Shown one piece after another: positions 18,009 to 27,908 of a stretch of DNA of 64,000 nucleotides. The stretch spans positions 416,839 to 480,838 of the IMG/VR virus record IMGVR_UViG_3300028558_000791; one strand, written 5' to 3'. The notes below the pieces were generated by a model. The model ran no database searches and was not told the origin of the DNA. It was given only the letters and a program-made list of their open reading frames with translations. Position numbers and translations under genes: made by a program. Every line of letters begins with the position of its first letter. The stretch's first letter is position 1.

Positions 18009-18334
18009 AGCTCCCATTCATCGCCTCACTCATCGCTCTCGTCAGTGTCGTGGGTTGTGCAGCAGCCCCGCCCCCTGCACCGTTGCCTCCAGTGGTGGTG
18101 ACCATCAGGGACATCCCGACTCCTCCCGTCAGGGGTGAAGTTGTGGAGGACTCGGTTGTGGTGGTGGAGTCTGTCCAAGAGGAGACTCACGAGGCCATGA
18201 ATCCCGAGGACTACCAGAGGTTGTCTGGTCTTATTCACCGTGAGACGGCCAGCATCAAGTGTGTCTGCACTGCGGGTGACCCGCACTGCTTCTGCCGACT
18301 GCCCAACGGCCCCAAGATTCTTCCCAAGGAGTGA
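18005..18334 (+). CDS. Pro-rich lipoprotein
   Basis: MKLPFIASLIALVSVVGC lipobox. Confidence 0.7.
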   Translation: MKLPFIASLIALVSVVGCAAAPPPAPLPPVVVTIRDIPTPPVRGEVVEDSVVVVESVQEETHEAMNPEDYQRLSGLIHRETASIKCVCTAGDPHCFCRLPNGPKILPKE

Positions 18335-18337
18335 GTC

Positions 18338-18649
18338 ATGAGTGAGTATCTCAATAAGAACGGACTAGTGCAGGGTCTCATTCCTGCCAATACCGCTTGT
18401 CCGTTCTTGGAGAACTGCAAGCTCAAGGTTCACACCTGTCCTGGTGTGGATGGCAAGATGAAGCCAAACCACTTCTCTTGTGCCGCTGCCAGACTACACT
18501 CCGCAATCGCTCAAGCGGCTGATGCTCCCGCCTTTCAAGCTAAGGCTAGGAGTATCGTGGAGAAAGAGCCAACTCTCTTCGAGATTAGGCGCGGCAAAGC
18601 TTACATTACTTTTGGTAGTATGCCTGCCGTCAAGGATCCCAACAAGTGA
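18338..18649 (+). CDS. Cys-containing hypothetical protein
   Basis: CPFLENC...HFSCAAAR. Confidence 0.65.
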   Translation: MSEYLNKNGLVQGLIPANTACPFLENCKLKVHTCPGVDGKMKPNHFSCAAARLHSAIAQAADAPAFQAKARSIVEKEPTLFEIRRGKAYITFGSMPAVKDPNK

Positions 18650-18778
18650 AACCGTCTCCCATTCACTGCAAGGTCTGTCAACACAACATGGGACGGTCCA
18701 GGGTCAAGGGTGGCCGAGTGCGGTGTAATAACTGCAAGACGGTTTATATCGTTACCATAGTCCCCAAGAAAGACTGAC

Positions 18779-19105
18779 ATGGCTACCTACAAAGTCGAGC
18801 TGGATGCTGATGGACGTACTCACTATGTGATGGACTTGAAGTCTGGTCACGGCAAGGAGAAGTATGCTCACACCATGCTCATCTACTACTACCCGGCAGG
18901 TGACATCGACACTCGTATGAAAGACGCTCATATGATGTATGGCGCCCTTTACGATCTCTTCCAGACTCACGATGACTTGAAGGAAGGCGACATCTTCGAG
19001 ACTGAGTTTGGTCACTACCGATGTGAAGGGGTTCACGTTCTACCCAACTTCGAGTTGGGGCCGCAGCCCGAGTACATGACTCGTCAACACAACTTGGAGT
19101 GGTAA
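18779..19105 (+). CDS. Hypothetical protein
   Basis: 108-aa ORF, typical codon usage. Confidence 0.65.
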   Translation: MATYKVELDADGRTHYVMDLKSGHGKEKYAHTMLIYYYPAGDIDTRMKDAHMMYGALYDLFQTHDDLKEGDIFETEFGHYRCEGVHVLPNFELGPQPEYMTRQHNLEW

Positions 19106-19142
19106 ACCCGCTCCCATTCACGAACCGCAAACGAGGAAGACC

Positions 19143-19343
19143 ATGGACAACACCACACCGCCCCGTGATCGTCGAGTGACTGTCTCCGACCTGAAGCGTC
19201 AGAAGAAGGCGCTGACCAAGGCTCTCCGCAAGGAGCGCAAGCGTCAGGATGAGATCGCCAAGCTCCGTAAGGAGAACGAGGATCTCTACATCCAAGTCTC
19301 TCGTGTCAGAGACGCGAGGAACAACACTGGTGAGTGCTGCTAA
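19143..19343 (+). CDS. Small coiled-coil basic protein
   Basis: GAGGA RBS, 11-mer at 19111. Confidence 0.7.
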   Translation: MDNTTPPRDRRVTVSDLKRQKKALTKALRKERKRQDEIAKLRKENEDLYIQVSRVRDARNNTGECC

Positions 19344-19344
19344 C

Positions 19345-19473
19345 ATGAAGCGTCACCTGCAACGTGGTTACACGTTGGTCGAGCTGGTCACCATCCTTGG
19401 ATTGTTTGGTCTCTTCCTGGGGAGTCTTGCTCTCCTTGGAGTCATCATTCACTTCATCATCAAGCTATGGTGA
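19345..19473 (+). CDS. 42-aa type IV prepilin-like mini-peptide
   Basis: MKRHLQRG-YTLVEL-hydrophobic helix: class III signal with G|(F/Y)xxxE. Confidence 0.7.
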   Translation: MKRHLQRGYTLVELVTILGLFGLFLGSLALLGVIIHFIIKLW

Positions 19474-19480
19474 GTGTGAC

Positions 19481-19711
19481 ATGATCGAGATTCGAGAGGG
19501 CATGCGGATCAGGTTCAAGTCCATCGACGGAACTGGGCCAATTCACAATAAGACTGGTATTGTCCAGCCTGGAGTTGGATTGCCCAATCACCCTCACAAA
19601 GTCATCTTCGATGGAGAAGTAGATGTCTCTTATTGTGGTAGGGCCTACTTGGTTCCTATCGACGATAAAGGGCATCCGCTGGAAGATTCTGAAGGAGAAA
19701 CATTCCAATGA
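19481..19711 (+). CDS. Small SH3-like hypothetical protein
   Basis: Gene-packed; GMRIRF...TGIV pattern. Confidence 0.55.
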   Translation: MIEIREGMRIRFKSIDGTGPIHNKTGIVQPGVGLPNHPHKVIFDGEVDVSYCGRAYLVPIDDKGHPLEDSEGETFQ

Positions 19712-20187
19712 GCTGCGGACCGTGTAACTGTAGTGACTGTCGCATCGACCGATTGGAAGAGGACGAGAAGCCGCCTCCCATTCGCAGGATGACGTGGGAC
19801 GAAGCTGCGCCGGCCAACGAGACTCAGGCCAAAGCGTGGATGGGTTACATCAACGAGGTGTATGCCCAGTATCCGACCAATACCATCCCGATGCAAGCGA
19901 TGCTCAGCATGGTCTGTCAGAAGATTCCCGGTCTCAAAGCCGAGAACTATCTGGGAGTCATGGCTTCAGTGGAGCGATTCATTCGTGAGTCGCCTAGCTT
20001 GGAGCTTCGCAAGGGCAAGAATGGTGGAGTCTTTCGCAAGACTCTCTACATGGATCTACATCCCATGACGGGTGTGCCGGACATGATTACCGGCAAGTTG
20101 ACAGACAACTACACATGTGGTTGCGGCAACACCAAGCTCAACAGGACTGAGAAGTCTTGCTGGAAGTGTGGCGCGGCAATCACATGA
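19708..20187 (+). CDS. Winged-helix-like paralogue flanked by Cys clusters
   Basis: EVYAQY..IPM...SMVCQK...EN...RKGKNGG; CGPCNCSDC and CGCG...CWKC. Confidence 0.75.
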   Translation: MSCGPCNCSDCRIDRLEEDEKPPPIRRMTWDEAAPANETQAKAWMGYINEVYAQYPTNTIPMQAMLSMVCQKIPGLKAENYLGVMASVERFIRESPSLELRKGKNGGVFRKTLYMDLHPMTGVPDMITGKLTDNYTCGCGNTKLNRTEKSCWKCGAAIT

Positions 20188-20342
20188 ACGACTTCGACAA
20201 GCGCTTCAAGGCTCATCAGAGTCTCATGGCCAAGGGCATCACTGTCTTCTGGTTCATCTGGTTCTTGGCGGCATGCGCAGGATTGGCCGGTTCGATCGCC
20301 CTGGTGTATGTCGCCATTCACTTCCTCGCCAAGTTCTGGTAA
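20184..20342 (+). CDS. Small membrane protein
   Basis: ATGA overlap; hydrophobic. Confidence 0.6.
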   Translation: MNDFDKRFKAHQSLMAKGITVFWFIWFLAACAGLAGSIALVYVAIHFLAKFW

Positions 20343-20356
20343 TTGTATAAATTACC

Positions 20357-20659
20357 ATGAGCGAGAAGGCCCTACAACTCTTCAAGGAACATCAAAGGAG
20401 ACGAATGGAAACTGGAACCTTCACCATCGAGTTGGACTGTCCGCCCGGTGGTATTCGCCCTGGTGACCTCATCGCTGATGTCATCGAGGGAACGGGTCTT
20501 CCCGAAAGAGATCCGGTCAGTAAGGTCTTTGGTCAGTGGACTTGGGAGTATGGTGATGTCGAAGGCATCGCTGCTCTCTGGCCCAACATCAAACCAAAGC
20601 TCAAAGAGCGCATCGAAAAGCTCTACCATCGTGGAGTGATTCGGTTCGGAAGCTGGTGA
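20357..20659 (+). CDS. Hypothetical protein
   Basis: LDCPPG..RPGDL...WGSW-like pattern. Confidence 0.7.
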   Translation: MSEKALQLFKEHQRRRMETGTFTIELDCPPGGIRPGDLIADVIEGTGLPERDPVSKVFGQWTWEYGDVEGIAALWPNIKPKLKERIEKLYHRGVIRFGSW

Positions 20660-20913
20660 GTAGGCCGGTGGCGGTGATGGGTTTGGATGCTGACGATGGC
20701 AAGCACATTGCTGTCGTGGTATGTCTAGACCCACCCGAAGCCTACGCCAACAAGGATCAGAAACATCTCGGGTTCATCGTTGCTGCCAAGCTAGTTCCTG
20801 CTCCCAAAGCAGAAGTAGTTAGCGAACGAGAACATGCTCTCATCATTCGGGCTCACTTCGCATTGCGAGGAGCCCTTGACAATCTCCGAACGATTCAAAA
20901 GGACTGGCCATGA
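20656..20913 (+). CDS. Hypothetical protein
   Basis: GTGA coupling on both sides. Confidence 0.55.
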   Translation: MSRPVAVMGLDADDGKHIAVVVCLDPPEAYANKDQKHLGFIVAAKLVPAPKAEVVSEREHALIIRAHFALRGALDNLRTIQKDWP

Positions 20914-21308
20914 AGATCAACAGGCTCTTTCTCGCACTGATTCTTCTGACTGGCTGTGCCGGTTGGGAACGTGACTGCAACTCCAGTGTTGCCAGTTCAT
21001 TCGGTGCTGACTGGATCGTTCTCCAGTATGGGTTCGATGGTACGCCCATCAACTGCTGGAAGCTGACCAACACCGGCATCACCAACGAGCAGGGAACTGA
21101 TGGTATCTACTGGCAGAACCCTGGTGGTCACCTGGTTCACATCTCTGGCTGGTACAACCGAGTCCAGGTCAGCGGTGGTGACTTCGCTGGTGCTGCCAAG
21201 TCGATTGGTGTCGAGGTGGAGCGCTGCACTGGTGGCAAGTATGTCACCGACAAGAAGACCGGCTACTACAACTCCTATCCCACGCCTTGGGCATTCGCTC
21301 AGAACTGA
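20910..21308 (+). CDS. Lipoprotein
   Basis: LILLTGC lipobox. Confidence 0.75.
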   Translation: MKINRLFLALILLTGCAGWERDCNSSVASSFGADWIVLQYGFDGTPINCWKLTNTGITNEQGTDGIYWQNPGGHLVHISGWYNRVQVSGGDFAGAAKSIGVEVERCTGGKYVTDKKTGYYNSYPTPWAFAQN

Positions 21309-21318
21309 AAGGTCGAAC

Positions 21319-21618
21319 ATGAAAATCGGACTCATCGCTCTTGCAACCGTGGCTGTTCTCTCCGTGACTGGCTGCGGCGTCACCGCCGAGAACAACCGCC
21401 TTCGTTCCCAGGTGGATGCTCAGCAGCAGCACATCCGAGAGCAGGACTACAAGCTCGCAGAACTTCAGAAGGCCAAGGATGCTGGAGCATCCACCTTCGA
21501 CCAGGCATGGGATTGGGTCAAGGTCCATTCTGCGGAAGCCTGGAACAGCGACACTTCGGTGGATGCACGGGAACGATTCCGTCGCTGCTGGATCGACCTG
21601 AAGACGGCCACCAAGTAA
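21319..21618 (+). CDS. Coiled-coil lipoprotein
   Basis: VLSVTGC lipobox; AAGG RBS. Confidence 0.75.
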   Translation: MKIGLIALATVAVLSVTGCGVTAENNRLRSQVDAQQQHIREQDYKLAELQKAKDAGASTFDQAWDWVKVHSAEAWNSDTSVDARERFRRCWIDLKTATK

Positions 21619-21808
21619 GTCTCCCATTCACGGGTGAGATGGGCAAGCGCAAAGAAGAGAAGAAGAGACTCAAGAAAAAAGCTCAGTTCTTTTACATTGA
21701 GGGACACATACTCAATGAGAAGACGGGCATACTGGAACCGTACAAGAAGAAAGTATATTGGTATCCAGTAGGGCGCTGCGGAACGTAGCTCCCATTCACG
21801 GTGAAGCA

Positions 21809-22201
21809 ATGTATTGGTTCAAACTAGTAACGTGGTTCAAGCGTACATGTTTGACCATTATCTGTAACATGGTGGGCGGAGGCTCGATAGTAGGTCTGGC
21901 CTATGTGATGCGTGACAATGACGCACCATGTGGTAACGCCGCAACGCATATGGAGAGAGGGCAAGACGCCCCAGTATGTGTGGCTAATGCAGAGGTTGCC
22001 TCTGCAATACAAGCGGGATACACGCACGCTTATGTTCATCATCCAGTTGCCGAGATCGTTGCGACTACCGTAATTGGTATTGCTTACGCAACGATCTCGA
22101 TAGCTATCACAATCACGTTGTGGTTTCTTTTTCTACACATGGTATGGCAATTCTTCAATGCAGTTCGAGGGAAGCCTACATCATGGGGAAAAGATACATA
22201 G
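21809..22201 (+). CDS. Membrane protein
   Basis: Two hydrophobic segments; AT-richer codons; bracketed by 11-mers 21789 and 22207. Confidence 0.55.
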   Translation: MYWFKLVTWFKRTCLTIICNMVGGGSIVGLAYVMRDNDAPCGNAATHMERGQDAPVCVANAEVASAIQAGYTHAYVHHPVAEIVATTVIGIAYATISIAITITLWFLFLHMVWQFFNAVRGKPTSWGKDT

Positions 22202-22238
22202 GGCAGCTCCCATTCACGGCTCACCGAGGGCGTTGAAC

Positions 22239-22433
22239 ATGCCGAAGCAAAGCAAAGCGGACAAGGCGCTGGACCGCGAGATCGACGAACTGTACCGAGA
22301 GAACTGCGCCAACATTCAAGTGTCCATCATGGACATCCCACGTATCTTCTCCGAGGCCAAGAAGGCTAGGTCAGAAGGTCGGGACATGAAGGACGCAATC
22401 ATCTCATTCGTCAACAGCATCCGAAAGAACTGA
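22239..22433 (+). CDS. Small helical hypothetical protein
   Basis: GAGGG RBS, 11-mer at 22207. Confidence 0.65.
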   Translation: MPKQSKADKALDREIDELYRENCANIQVSIMDIPRIFSEAKKARSEGRDMKDAIISFVNSIRKN

Positions 22434-22584
22434 ACGTGAACCAGGATAACAAGATGACGGTCCCCGCTATGCCGGCGGCCATCAAGAAGCTGCATCGTCC
22501 CACCCTCGTCATGAAAACGGCTGTCGAGACCAAAGAGGAGCGAGAGCCTGGGCGCTACAGCGTCATCGTTCCGAGGGCTCAACA

Positions 22585-22956
22585 GTGAGTCAGAAACGTA
22601 AGGAACGTATTCGAGAACTGCGACAGCAAGTCGACCAACTCAACAAGAAGAAGAATGAGTTGTTTGATGAGATCGTAAGGCTTGACCTGGAAGAACGCAA
22701 GGAAGAATACTCCTGTCTTTGCGTCAGGCTGAACAGAGACATCGATGTGTTCGATATGGCGGAGCAGGAGCACAAGCACCGAAACCCTTTGAGTGTTGGC
22801 GGTTTCGTTGCTGACACGCTGTCAGCTCGCAAGGACTGCACAACCTGTCAAGGCACTGGCAAGCCCAAGACACAACCTCAGCACAATCACTTCGGTGAAG
22901 TCTTCATGCCTGATACGTGTCCAGCGTGCCGGTTACTTCAACGCAACATCGATTAG
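22585..22956 (+). CDS. Coiled-coil protein with Cys motifs
   Basis: CTTCQGTG; CPAC. Confidence 0.65.
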   Translation: MSQKRKERIRELRQQVDQLNKKKNELFDEIVRLDLEERKEEYSCLCVRLNRDIDVFDMAEQEHKHRNPLSVGGFVADTLSARKDCTTCQGTGKPKTQPQHNHFGEVFMPDTCPACRLLQRNID

Positions 22957-22962
22957 GATAAC

Positions 22963-23556
22963 ATGGATACATGGTTCATCAGTGACACTCACTGGGGTCA
23001 CGCCAACATCATCAAGTATTCCAACCGTCCCTTCAAGGACGTGGATGAGATGAACGAGAAGATGTTGATCGAGTGGAACAAGGTTGTCAAACCTGGTGAC
23101 AAGGTGTACCACAATGGGGACGTGGCCTTCATGCCATACCCCAAGCTCAAGAACTATCTCTGGCGCCTCAATGGTGACATCGAGTTGGTCTTAGGGAACC
23201 ATGACAAGGCCATCATTCAGAACGAACACGACCTTCTCAAGCAAGGGAAGATCAAAAGCATCGCTCACTACAATGAGCTGAAGCTTCCTGGCACTCCGAT
23301 GATTGTTCTGTTCCACTATGGACAACGTGTGTGGAACAAGTCGCATCATGGAAGCATTCATCTGTATGGACACTCGCACGGCTCACTGCCGCCGCATGGT
23401 CTGTCAGTGGATGTCGGAGTAGATAGCAAAGAGATCACTACCGAGTACCGTCCTATTCACTTGGATGAGGTACTCTCGTACATGAGTAAGCGACAGAAGG
23501 CTGTCGTGGATCACCATGGAATGACCGAGGAACAGGGGACCGACGAGTCACCCTGA
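22963..23556 (+). CDS. Calcineurin-like metallophosphoesterase
   Basis: SDTHWGH, NGD, LGNHD, FHY, GHSHG. Confidence 0.9.
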   Translation: MDTWFISDTHWGHANIIKYSNRPFKDVDEMNEKMLIEWNKVVKPGDKVYHNGDVAFMPYPKLKNYLWRLNGDIELVLGNHDKAIIQNEHDLLKQGKIKSIAHYNELKLPGTPMIVLFHYGQRVWNKSHHGSIHLYGHSHGSLPPHGLSVDVGVDSKEITTEYRPIHLDEVLSYMSKRQKAVVDHHGMTEEQGTDESP

Positions 23557-23566
23557 CGAGGCAATC

Positions 23567-24016
23567 ATGATTCGGGCTCCGAAACTTTTCAACGGGACCT
23601 TCATCAATCGTCACCTCTTCCCCAGCTTCTTCAAGTATAACAGGCTCAGCGTCATCAATAGTGGGCGCTGCTACGATTGGGCGTACTTCGCTCACCGTTT
23701 GTTTGGCGCGAAGCTTTGGTCAACGGACTATCATGCCTGGGTTCAATACGGCAAGAAGTTCTACGATTCAGAAGCGGGCCTGCACGGGGTCTCAAACTTC
23801 TTGGCGCTGAAGTGCAACAAGAGGAATTGTTTCCCTCTTCCTTGGGATGAGATGCCGCCTGCCACTATGGATCTCAAGCAATTCAAATCCTTTTGGGACA
23901 GTAATGGTGGGGGACATCGAAGGCATTGGGATTCCATGTTGGAACCTCAGTTGCAAGAGGTGTTGGGTAAGCGGTACAGTGAACTGACTCCCATCTTTCA
24001 TCCAAGGAAAATGTAA
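23567..24016 (+). CDS. Putative papain-like Cys-His-Asp protein, paralogue of 39678..40091
   Basis: INSGRCYDWA...HAWV...KFYDSE. Confidence 0.65.
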   Translation: MIRAPKLFNGTFINRHLFPSFFKYNRLSVINSGRCYDWAYFAHRLFGAKLWSTDYHAWVQYGKKFYDSEAGLHGVSNFLALKCNKRNCFPLPWDEMPPATMDLKQFKSFWDSNGGGHRRHWDSMLEPQLQEVLGKRYSELTPIFHPRKM

Positions 24017-24192
24017 TGAAGTGTCCCCGCTGTAACGAGCGGTTCAAGCCCGAAGAGAATGAGGGCAAGACTGGCCGAGTGGCCACTGGTGACGGCAAGC
24101 TGGATTACATTCTAGCTTGCTACACCTGTCACTGGCAGGTACACATCAGAGAGCTGGAAGTCTGGCTCAAGAGATACGGGTATCGCAAGTAG
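24016..24192 (+). CDS. Small zinc-finger protein
   Basis: CPRC...CYTCH; TAATG coupling. Confidence 0.55.
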   Translation: MKCPRCNERFKPEENEGKTGRVATGDGKLDYILACYTCHWQVHIRELEVWLKRYGYRK

Positions 24193-24226
24193 GGCTCCCA
24201 TTCACGGCGGGCAAACGAGGACGACC

Positions 24227-25048
24227 ATGAGCAAGTTTCTGTTGACGGACTGGGAAATCAACGGGTACGACGACTCTGACTTCATGTGTTCGTACTACGA
24301 TGATGTGACCAACACCATCGGGTTCAACTGCTACGGCAGCACTCGGTATCCTTCCGCCTCTGTCATTGGCATTGGTGGAGGCATCAGTTCAGTTGTGGTG
24401 GATGGAGACAATCTCCTGATGCCCGACGCTATGGTAGTGGAGAAAGCACGACTGGTTCTGGAGGAAAGTATCTTTCAGAAGCTGGTGTCCTCTGACAAGC
24501 GGCTGGTAGATACTCCAGATGTGGAAGACCTCAAGGAAGGTCTGGCCATTCGGTTGACTGCCAAGGCAAAGATGCAGATTCGTGAGTCGGCTCCCTGTCA
24601 GAAATGCAGTGGTTCTGGCAAGTGGATCAATCCTCGCAATGCCAACGACAAGCGAGACTGCTTTGCATGCAATGGCAGTGGTCAGCATGTTGGGGCTAAG
24701 CGCAAGAACGAGCAAGGCAAGCAGGTATATGAAGAGTTACCTGCTGGCCTCTCGGGTAAGGTTGTGGACTGGACCAGTTTTGGTCAGTTCTATGCCGGCG
24801 GGTACAACAAACCCAACCGAGAGAACACGACGGTTCAATTCCGTTTGGCTGATGGCAAGGTTGTTCGAGCCAGTCTATCCAAGATGAGATTGGATCGTGA
24901 CTATCGCCCGGCTGAGGAGTTGAGAGATAGGGCTCGTGACCTTTCATTCAACTACAGCTTCAGTGCATTGTATCCCAGGTTCGCTTGGGACACTCACAAC
25001 TTCGCTGTTCAAGTAGCTAAGGCTGCCGCTCCCATTCACGCCGCATAG
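24227..25048 (+). CDS. Hypothetical protein with DnaJ-like Zn finger
   Basis: NGYDDSDF; CQKCSGSG...CFACNGSG. Confidence 0.8.
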   Translation: MSKFLLTDWEINGYDDSDFMCSYYDDVTNTIGFNCYGSTRYPSASVIGIGGGISSVVVDGDNLLMPDAMVVEKARLVLEESIFQKLVSSDKRLVDTPDVEDLKEGLAIRLTAKAKMQIRESAPCQKCSGSGKWINPRNANDKRDCFACNGSGQHVGAKRKNEQGKQVYEELPAGLSGKVVDWTSFGQFYAGGYNKPNRENTTVQFRLADGKVVRASLSKMRLDRDYRPAEELRDRARDLSFNYSFSALYPRFAWDTHNFAVQVAKAAAPIHAA

Positions 25049-25060
25049 GCCGAGGGTGTC

Positions 25061-25807
25061 ATGACGGTCGATTACAAGTCTCTCGCTGATAACGGACTCA
25101 GCATCATCATTGGTGCGGTGCAAGTCAACAAGTCTTTCACCTACCACAACAACCACTTCGAGACTGCTGCGTGGTGGGAAGACCAGGAAGCACAGGTAGG
25201 AGTCCACCCAGTTTATCTGGGGCGACAGTACAACTACCCGAAACACCTGACTCTCACCGCTCAAATCAAGGCCAAGGTGACTGACGATTGGTTCCCTGGT
25301 CTTTGGGGTGGCGTTCGCATCAGCAACGAGCCCTACGTTCCCAAGCACATTGGGGAAGAGCGCACCATTCGACAGAGCATCGAGGTGGTGGAAGCCATCG
25401 AGCGCACTGGTAACTCGCCAGGTAGTGATCTCGATTGGTTCATTCACCCTTCATGGTGGCGTATCTTCACGGAAGAAGCTATCACAAACCTTCGTGAGGA
25501 CTATCGCAGACTCCCGGAATTCTGGGAGCCGTGGGATAAGCTGGACCAAGTTGGTGCTGCTTCTTTCAAACCCAACAAGAACCAAAAGGATCTTCGTTGG
25601 GACTTCGATGATGAGTATCGTTCCAAGGTTGGAATGATTGCTCACTTCGGTTCCAACCTGGAGACGTGGGCCAGGCGCATCGAGAAGATCAATTGGCGTT
25701 CTCAGTATCACAAGGTGGGCAGTCATTACGACACCGCTTACCAGCGTGACAACTTCGCCAAGAACACCGAGTGGACCAAGGGGATTCAGATTCAGGTGAT
25801 CGATTGA
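25061..25807 (+). CDS. Hypothetical protein
   Basis: 248-aa ORF, GAGGG RBS. Confidence 0.75.
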   Translation: MTVDYKSLADNGLSIIIGAVQVNKSFTYHNNHFETAAWWEDQEAQVGVHPVYLGRQYNYPKHLTLTAQIKAKVTDDWFPGLWGGVRISNEPYVPKHIGEERTIRQSIEVVEAIERTGNSPGSDLDWFIHPSWWRIFTEEAITNLREDYRRLPEFWEPWDKLDQVGAASFKPNKNQKDLRWDFDDEYRSKVGMIAHFGSNLETWARRIEKINWRSQYHKVGSHYDTAYQRDNFAKNTEWTKGIQIQVID

Positions 25808-26009
25808 GCAATAGAAAGTACGCCAGGATCTTCCACGATGCTGGCAACTTCTTCGTGTGGGCCGTCATGTCGGATGAAGAGCAAGTCATTCGGCGTTCCG
25901 GTATCTCTGACCGGAACATCAACGAATTCGTCAAGGTGTTTACCGACCAGAATTACCACGTCAGTCTTTACACCGTGAGTAATCCACAATACTTTGCGGA
26001 GACTAAGAC

Positions 26010-26228
26010 ATGAGAGCCCATCTGTTCATCATGGAGAACAACGAGAAGAAACTCCTTGCCAAAGTAGATGGGGTTGAGGTTGTTCCCCGTGGACTTTATG
26101 TGGTGGATGGAGCGGTTTACCAGTACACTGGACAGCCGACCTTCATCATCGAGAAGGTCCCATACCTTCATGGTGGTAACCACATGATGACTCACGTGGA
26201 GCTAACAGTAGAAAAAGTCGAGCAATGA
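26010..26228 (+). CDS. Hypothetical protein
   Basis: ATGA couplings. Confidence 0.6.
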   Translation: MRAHLFIMENNEKKLLAKVDGVEVVPRGLYVVDGAVYQYTGQPTFIIEKVPYLHGGNHMMTHVELTVEKVEQ

Positions 26229-26941
26229 CTACTCAACCAAGGGTCATCATCCTTGCTGACGGAGCTGGGACTCGGTGGACTGCCGATACTCCCAAGCATC
26301 TAGCGATTGTGGATGGTGAGCCCATCCTTCTTCGCACTGTACGTCAGTTGACAGAGCGGGGAATGACTGACCTTTGGTTGACTTCTCGACTAGAGCGATA
26401 TGACTCGCTTCAGCCGACCGTAAAACGTTACGTACCGATTGACAATCGTTTCAAACTTGACCAGTTTTATGCTTGTCGTGAGATATGGTCAGGTCATGAC
26501 GATGTAGTTTTTATCTACGGTGACGTTCGCTTCAGCGATGCAGCGATGGATACGATTCTCAAAACAATTCCACAAGACTTCGTTTACTTCCAACGGACAC
26601 GTGGTAGCACAATCACTGGTAAAGGTTGGAAAGAAGGTTTCGCTATGCGGGTTTGTGATACCCACATGTTCGAGACCTCTCTCAAGTATCTGCGTACAGG
26701 GATTGAGAACGGAAGCATCGCTCAGATGCACCATCAAGTTCAAGGTTACCTAGAAGGTAAAGGTGTAGGAGAGTTCAAGGGCATCGGATCTCATGGCGTT
26801 GAGATTGATGATGAGACCGATGACTTCGATTACCCAACAGATGTTAGGGTCTGGACTCAAAACGTGGCTATGTGGCGAACTGGCTATTCAGCCACTAAGA
26901 ATCTTTCGCCGCTACGTAAGAAAGATGACAAAAAAGAGTAG
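26225..26941 (+). CDS. NTP-transferase (sugar/phosphocholine nucleotidyltransferase-like)
   Basis: IILADGAGTRW...PKHL...GEPIL..TVRQL; YGDV; EIDD..D. Confidence 0.8.
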   Translation: MTTQPRVIILADGAGTRWTADTPKHLAIVDGEPILLRTVRQLTERGMTDLWLTSRLERYDSLQPTVKRYVPIDNRFKLDQFYACREIWSGHDDVVFIYGDVRFSDAAMDTILKTIPQDFVYFQRTRGSTITGKGWKEGFAMRVCDTHMFETSLKYLRTGIENGSIAQMHHQVQGYLEGKGVGEFKGIGSHGVEIDDETDDFDYPTDVRVWTQNVAMWRTGYSATKNLSPLRKKDDKKE

Positions 26942-27096
26942 GTAATGTACGGACTCTTCATCGTAATCAGTTTGGCAGTAACCAGCTTCACGTTGTGGTG
27001 TGTTTACACACAGCAACCAAGTGAAACCTGTGGACTCAACCTGCTGAATATGCTGTTGAGTTTTGAGTTGGTTAGGCTTCACGGAAAGAAAAGAAC

Positions 27097-27288
27097 ATGG
27101 GCGACAAAATCAAGCCGTGGCACGACCGGAAACCCAAGCACGGCAACAAAGAACACAAGCGAAAGCGAGTAGTTCCACTTCAGCCTGGCAACGAACGAGT
27201 CTCTCCCCTTCGTACTGGTGATGACGGGGTGTCTCCCCTGACTAATGACAGCTACGATGACTGGGATGATGAGCGTTGGGAAACTTGA
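27097..27288 (+). CDS. Small charged hypothetical protein
   Basis: Basic N-half, acidic C-half. Confidence 0.45.
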   Translation: MGDKIKPWHDRKPKHGNKEHKRKRVVPLQPGNERVSPLRTGDDGVSPLTNDSYDDWDDERWET

Positions 27289-27807
27289 CATGCATTCAGA
27301 ACACAAGCTTCTGGCTGTCCTTTTCGTTTCCATTGCTGTAGCAGTCAGTTGCATTGCTATCACAGTGGCGTACACGGAAACGCACAAGCAGCAGTGCAAG
27401 TGACGTCATGAAAGATGCTATCTGGGTCTTTCGTTCCTTCGGTTTCAAAGCCGGAATCCTTTTCGTGGTAGGAGTAATCTCCACGGGAATCAAACGACTC
27501 TTCGGTCGGGCCAAAAAGCCCAAGAGATTCGAGGAGTTATCTGACGAAGAAGCCCAACAAGTTGCCAGGGCTTTTGGAATCTTCACGTGGCAGGATCGTC
27601 AAGACCTGAACGAGAAGATTGGCAACAACGATGAAAGAGTTCTGCACTAACATGCGGTTCACAGATGATGATTCTCCGGATTCTAGTGAAGAAATTTCGG
27701 AACCAACTCTTCCACCTGAGAAGTTGGAAGAGCAGAAAAAGCAAGAAGAGTTCTGGTCTGACCCTTGTTGGACGGAACCTCTCAACAAGTAGCAACAAGA
27801 TGTCGCA

Positions 27808-27842
27808 TGGCATCCTGATTGCACTCTGCAATTGAGAGGCCG
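27808..27842. promoter_or_regulatory. Double opposed sigma54-like site, copy 9
   Basis: TGGCATCCTGATTGCA-CTC-TGCAATTGAGAGGCCG; 11-mer 27 nt downstream. Confidence 0.6.
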
Positions 27843-27908
27843 TGTTGCAAACGCAGTGAAACCAACAAGCTCCCATTCACCATGATGGGATTACAAGGAC
27901 AGAGTCAC

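Noticed and set aside
3141-25039. CTCCCATTCAC repeats as a CRISPR array
   Set aside because: The repeat is only 11 nt, spacing is irregular (about 100-2000 nt) with whole genes in between, and no cas genes are seen.
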